DNA from: Bdellovibrionales bacterium
GTDB lineage: Bacteria > Bdellovibrionota > Bdellovibrionia > Bdellovibrionales > JAMPXM01
DNA length: 22,320 nt
Direction: 5' to 3'
Assembly: GCA_043739185.1 (NCBI GenBank)
Contig: JAYUEN010000045.1
Coordinates: forward strand, 1 to 22,320
The translations under genes were made by a program, and so were the position numbers. A model generated the notes under the pieces. That model was not told where the DNA came from and searched no databases. It saw only the letters and a list, made by a program, of their open reading frames with translations. Shown here in pieces: positions 18,371-22,320 of this stretch; within the stretch, counting starts at the first letter, position 1, and each line of letters starts with the position of its first letter.

Positions 18371-19588
18371 ATGCTCAGGTCTAGCCTTCTCAAATCAAAA
18401 TCACAAGGGTCCCAACGAAATCTCTGGGGTTTGTTTGTTGCTATCAACGTTCTCTTGATTGTCGACGAGATGCAATTGGTTGGGCAAAATGTCTATTTAG
18501 TTTTTTTTCTGATCAGACTAGCGCTTAGCTTTGTTGCGGTTTTTGCAGCTACGGCAATCTATTTCAAAAAGCCTATCTCGGGCGACTTTTTAAGTCTTTA
18601 TACTTTGTTTCTGATCGCCGTTGGCGCCTGCTTTTCACTTTTTCAACCGAGTGAAATGATTTTAAGGCTCAGTATCAATGCTTTCTTTTATTTGCTATTG
18701 GCTGCGAGTTTTAAAGGTACATTGCGTGATTGGTTGCAAATTTATTTTCCGGTGGCGAGTTTTTTATTATTCGCGCCCATTGGTTTAAAAGCAAATTTTC
18801 TCATGCATTTTGAAAATCTCTATTTCGTGGTCGCGAGTCTTGCTTGCTCCAACGGCATCGTCTTGATTCGAAGATATGTTTCAGTTCATTCGGGCGCAAA
18901 TCCCGAGGACGAGGCTGTGATTCAAGATCAAAAAGAAAAGAATATGAGCCCGTTCGAGGCAGCAGGAGAAGTGATGAGCAATAATCGTATGTTTCTTTCT
19001 GAGGAGCAGGATTTGGGTCACTGCGAAGTCCTAAAGTGTCGAGATTTAATCACTGCAATAAGTGAAATGGTTCAAGCAAAAAAACTGCAATTTAAAACTT
19101 ACAACAAAACGCAAATTTCAATTCAATCACCAAGATCTGGTCCTGAGGGCTTAGGTGTTGTCGCAGATGAAAAGGATTTGCGACTCATTGTCGGTCAATT
19201 GATTGATGAGGCGGTTGAGTCTCTGGGAATGCAAACGGGCTTTGTTCGCCTGAGTGTGCAGCTAACTCAAAGACAGTTGCTGGTCATTATTGAAGATAAC
19301 GGTAGGGGTCTCGGAAAAGATATTATCGCACGTTTGAAAGCTAAAAACCGCCTAGAATTATCGAGTCAGAATTCGAGTCAAGCGCCAGAAGCAGTACTTT
19401 TAGCTCCTCGAGAAATGCAATCACTCTTAAGATTTTGGGGCGCAGATTTTGAGGTCATCACTCGTTTGGGTGTAGGTCGACGGGTTTGCATGAACTTTCC
19501 CCTAACGGCTCTGGCAATTGAAGAAATGATTCGTCCATTAGAGGGATTTTCTTCGTACGATTCAAGCCAAGCAGGGCTATCGCACTAA
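18371..19588 (+). CDS. Membrane protein with a C-terminal degenerate histidine kinase-like ATPase (HATPase_c) domain
   Basis: Several N-terminal TM helices; G1 box IIEDNGRG; degenerate N box (LIVGQLIDEAVES) and G2 box (TRLGVGRRV); no recognisable H-box. Confidence 0.7.
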   Translation: MLRSSLLKSKSQGSQRNLWGLFVAINVLLIVDEMQLVGQNVYLVFFLIRLALSFVAVFAATAIYFKKPISGDFLSLYTLFLIAVGACFSLFQPSEMILRLSINAFFYLLLAASFKGTLRDWLQIYFPVASFLLFAPIGLKANFLMHFENLYFVVASLACSNGIVLIRRYVSVHSGANPEDEAVIQDQKEKNMSPFEAAGEVMSNNRMFLSEEQDLGHCEVLKCRDLITAISEMVQAKKLQFKTYNKTQISIQSPRSGPEGLGVVADEKDLRLIVGQLIDEAVESLGMQTGFVRLSVQLTQRQLLVIIEDNGRGLGKDIIARLKAKNRLELSSQNSSQAPEAVLLAPREMQSLLRFWGADFEVITRLGVGRRVCMNFPLTALAIEEMIRPLEGFSSYDSSQAGLSH

Positions 19589-19595
19589 ATATTTA

Positions 19596-20603
19596 CTAAA
19601 ATTGTAAAGCTAATTTAGCACTCTTCGTTTTAAATTCAGAAGCCCTTTGTATGCGATCAAAAATCGCGTCCCATCTCGAATCATGAAGTTGATCATTTGA
19701 AATACAATAGTATATGAACTGTGTACTCGGCGCTTGGCATGCCAAACGAAGTTGTGAATAAAGCTCACGCGCCGCCTGTTCAGGTTCGTTTGAAAGTTTG
19801 AGCTCAACACCATTTTCTATATCTATAGCTAAGGGCAGAATGCTTTTGAGATCCTGAATTTTTTCACTCTTCACGAGCAGGACAAAAGGCAGAATGGGTA
19901 CGTAGTGGTGGGGAGTATGGCCAGGAGATTTCTGGCTTTGCAGTCTTTTAATTGAAACCGGGTGCGACCATTTTTTAAGTGCCGCCTCGAGCTCAAGGAC
20001 ACCGACGCCCCCTGGTCTTAATATAGATATAGAGTCTTGAGTGGGGCTCACCTCTATAACAGTTGATTCAATTCCGATTTCGCATGGACCGCCATCTAAA
20101 ACAAATACCGAAGGTTCTTTGAATTCATTTCTCACATGATGGGCTTCGGTCGGAGAGGTATGGCCGAACTTATTCGCACTCGGTGCAGCAAGAGGGCCAA
20201 CTTCTGAAATCAAATGAATTGCGGCTGTGTGATTTGGAAAGCGTATCGCTACAGTTTCTAAGCCAGAGGTTATGAGCGGATTCACGTGGCTCGCTTTTGG
20301 TAAAATCAATGTGAGTGGGCCTGGCCAAAAAGAACGGGCTAAAAAATCTGTAAGTGGAGTCCATTCTGTGGTGAGGGATTTGGCTTGTTTTAAATTTGAA
20401 ACATGCACAATGAGTGGATCAAAAAAAGGACGTTCCTTAAGGCTAAAAACTTTTCGAATCGCAGCTTCGTTTTTAATGTCAGCGGCTAATCCATAGACTG
20501 TTTCAGTGGGAATGGCCACGACATCACCGGCAAGAAGCAGATTCTTTGCTTTTTCTAAATCTTGATTGGTGAGGCTTATCATATTGATTCCAATATATAC
20601 CAT
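19596..20603 (-). CDS. sua5: L-threonylcarbamoyladenylate synthase, Sua5 type (YrdC/TsaC domain + SUA5 domain)
   Basis: VAIPTETVYGL, LKERP..DPLIVH, FWPGPLT, AAPSANKFG, GIESTV, ILRPG, linker SPG...HY and C-terminal extension. Confidence 0.93.
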   Translation of the reverse strand: MVYIGINMISLTNQDLEKAKNLLLAGDVVAIPTETVYGLAADIKNEAAIRKVFSLKERPFFDPLIVHVSNLKQAKSLTTEWTPLTDFLARSFWPGPLTLILPKASHVNPLITSGLETVAIRFPNHTAAIHLISEVGPLAAPSANKFGHTSPTEAHHVRNEFKEPSVFVLDGGPCEIGIESTVIEVSPTQDSISILRPGGVGVLELEAALKKWSHPVSIKRLQSQKSPGHTPHHYVPILPFVLLVKSEKIQDLKSILPLAIDIENGVELKLSNEPEQAARELYSQLRLACQAPSTQFIYYCISNDQLHDSRWDAIFDRIQRASEFKTKSAKLALQF

Positions 20604-20733
20604 TCCTCGGTTAATTTGAGATCAATTTTCAATTTCAGGAATTAATAAATATCCTCATCTTTAGGAAAGAAACGGGGATGTCAACGAGAGCTGGGCTTAG
20701 TGCTAGTCTTCGTAGGGGAGCCCCAACAAAATC

Positions 20734-20769
20734 TTGCGGCGGCTTCTAATCAATTTCTATAATGATTAG
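20734..20769 (+). promoter_or_regulatory. Putative sigma70 promoter of the histone gene overlapped by an inverted repeat
   Basis: TTGCGG (20734-20739), 18-nt spacer, TATAAT (20758-20763); inverted repeat CTAATCA (20746-20752)/TGATTAG (20763-20769). Confidence 0.5.
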
Positions 20770-20808
20770 GTAGCCAGTTTTTTTGCTTTTGAACGAACAG
20801 GATAAAAT

Positions 20809-21303
20809 ATGCGAACAGATGAGAGCTTTTGGCGAAAATGCAGCAGCTGTAAAGTCCCAATTGAATTTAAAGCGAAACATTATGTGTGTAGCGTATCAAC
20901 TTGTAATGCCTTGCGAACTGGATATGTTTTTTGTTCGGTAAGTTGTTTTGAAAAACATTTGCCAGGAGCTCGTCATCGGGATGCCGGAGCCGTAGAGAAA
21001 ATCGCAGGGACACAGGCCTATTCGGCGGATGAGCCAGTGCAAACAAATTCAATTCCTCAGCGCAAAATGGCTGTTCAATCCCCCTTGGGGACATCTTCAT
21101 CAATTAGTAAAAGCGCAATTCCTAAAGACATTCTCGTCGTCGCCTCGAAATTAAAAGACTATATAAAAGCTCGTTCTGAAATGAATACCTCACAGGCAGT
21201 AATGGATATTTTAAGCGATCAAATTCGTAGGCTCTGCGATGATGCCATCGATAAGGCTCGTGTGGCTGGTCGCAAAACTGTTCTAGATCGAGATTTCGAG
21301 TAA
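20809..21303 (+). CDS. Bacterial histone-fold protein with an N-terminal ZZ-like zinc-binding domain
   Basis: Residues 106-164 (LVVASKLKDYIK...MNTS...LS...LC...A...GRKTVLDRD) match the Bdellovibrio Bd0055-type histone fold as I recall it, including the RKTVxxxD signature. The N-terminus has C11, C14, C27, C32, C42, C46, H50 and H56. Confidence 0.88.
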   Translation: MRTDESFWRKCSSCKVPIEFKAKHYVCSVSTCNALRTGYVFCSVSCFEKHLPGARHRDAGAVEKIAGTQAYSADEPVQTNSIPQRKMAVQSPLGTSSSISKSAIPKDILVVASKLKDYIKARSEMNTSQAVMDILSDQIRRLCDDAIDKARVAGRKTVLDRDFE

Positions 21304-21305
21304 AC

Positions 21306-21530
21306 CTATTTTACCAGTGCAGGTGACGTTGTGGCAACAGGTGTTGGAGTCGGCGTAGCCGGGATAGCCGCAGTATCCTGAGTTGCGGCGGCAGGTTCGG
21401 GAGCTGGAACCAATGTCGGTGGCGGCGCCGCTTCAGCTGCGGGTGCTGCTGGAACAACCGGCGTCGCTTCTTTTTTTGTACAAGCAGATAGTATCAAGAA
21501 AACAGTTGGAATTATTAAAATATATTTCAT
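21306..21530 (-). CDS. Small Pro/Ala/Thr-rich lipoprotein
   Basis: From ATG 21530: MKYILIIPTVFLILSAC (lipobox LSAC), followed by a low-complexity PAAP/TPTP tail; 74 aa. Confidence 0.75.
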   Translation of the reverse strand: MKYILIIPTVFLILSACTKKEATPVVPAAPAAEAAPPPTLVPAPEPAAATQDTAAIPATPTPTPVATTSPALVK

Positions 21531-21676
21531 TACAGTTACCCTTTGAGAAATCAAGATGTTGAAGACACGCACTAACAAATAGAAGCTATCATAGATTTAA
21601 AATGGCGCCAAATATTAGACTCTTCACGCGACTGGCCGCGAAAGAATCATTTCAACCAATTTGTGCACGTAATAAT

Positions 21677-22270
21677 TTAGAACTTAAAATCAAAACCGAT
21701 AAGAAAAATTTCGAAACTGCGAGTACGCGTTCCTTTTGGTTTAAAAATTTCAACTTTTCGAAAAGATTTTTTTAGCTCCAATTGAAATTTTGAGAGCTCG
21801 TTACTTTGAAAAAATTTGCAAACAAAACTGCCGCCAGATTGTAGTTGTGCATTTGCAACATTTAACGCCATTTCACAAAGCTCAAAAGACCTAGCCTGAT
21901 CTACGCTGCGAATGCCAGTGGTATTTGGAGCCATATCTGAAAGAACTACATGCAATTTCTCAGGCATTTCAAATTGCCGAAGCAATTCATCAATATTGCA
22001 TTTAAGAATATCGGCTTGAACAAACTCAGCATTGGGTAGTTTGAGATTAACTGAAGTCAAATCAAGCCCAAGCAGCCTGCCTTTTGGACCTATTTTTTGT
22101 GAAGTATATTGTGACCAAGATCCGGGGGCCGCGCCAAGATCTAGAACCTGCATCCCTGATTTCAAAAGCTTAAATCTTTGATCGATCTCTTCAAGTTTAA
22201 AAACCGATCTGGCTTTGAAACCAAGTTCCTTGGCCTTCTTAAAATAGTGATCTTGAATCTTATAAGACAT
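21677..22270 (-). CDS. rlmE: 23S rRNA (uridine-2552-2'-O)-methyltransferase RlmE/FtsJ
   Basis: DHYFKKAK, ARSVFKLEEID, VLDLGAAPGSWSQ, VLSDMAPNTTG, FVCKFFQ and KP..TR..S.E motifs. Confidence 0.96.
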   Translation of the reverse strand: MSYKIQDHYFKKAKELGFKARSVFKLEEIDQRFKLLKSGMQVLDLGAAPGSWSQYTSQKIGPKGRLLGLDLTSVNLKLPNAEFVQADILKCNIDELLRQFEMPEKLHVVLSDMAPNTTGIRSVDQARSFELCEMALNVANAQLQSGGSFVCKFFQSNELSKFQLELKKSFRKVEIFKPKGTRTRSFEIFLIGFDFKF

Positions 22271-22275
22271 GCCCT

Positions 22276-22309
22276 AATGTACCTGCTTAGTTTTGGAGGC
22301 GCAAGGCGT
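22276..22309 (+). repeat. Further copy of the interspersed repeat arm (element probably continues beyond the window)
   Basis: AATGTACCTGCTTAGTTTTGGAGGCGCAAGGCGT matches 351-384 at 33 of 34 positions. Confidence 0.9.
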
Positions 22310-22320
22310 TCAATACGCCG

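Noticed and set aside
20680..20730. Structured ncRNA or riboswitch upstream of the histone gene (GGGCT...AGCCC pairing)
   Set aside because: Only a short stem is evident, it matches no RNA family I recognise, and it lies upstream of the putative promoter.
350..22309. The whole window as a composite transposon or genomic island bounded by the repeats
   Set aside because: The content includes core genes (rlmE, sua5, cyclophilin) and there is no transposase or integrase; an interspersed repeat family is the simpler explanation.

Overview
This is a gene-dense bacterial chromosomal region, most likely from a Bdellovibrionota-like organism (inferred mainly from the Bdellovibrio-type histone fold). 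Most of it is ordinary: DedA, a cyclophilin, an AidB-like acyl-CoA dehydrogenase, a MoxR-DUF58-transglutaminase operon, an M20 peptidase, a TetR divergent from a PQQ-dehydrogenase lipoprotein, a TetR-TolC-RND-glutathione peroxidase operon, Sua5/TsaC and RlmE. The standout gene is 20809..21303, a bacterial histone fold fused to an N-terminal Cys6His2 (ZZ-like) zinc-binding domain. Other observations worth a second look: (i) a ~35-bp interspersed repeat (REPIN/MITE-like) present as a perfect inverted pair at 350-451 that supplies the dedA stop codon, with another copy 5 bp upstream of rlmE; (ii) a cyclophilin with a strong internal ribosome-binding site suggesting exported and cytoplasmic isoforms; (iii) an RND+TolC operon with no periplasmic adaptor; (iv) a membrane protein with a degenerate histidine-kinase ATPase domain; (v) a small basic CCCH protein with 12-bp repeats and a possible overlapping upstream ORF. 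No rRNA, tRNA, CRISPR array or transposase/integrase was seen. All assignments come from reading motifs by eye; no searches were run.
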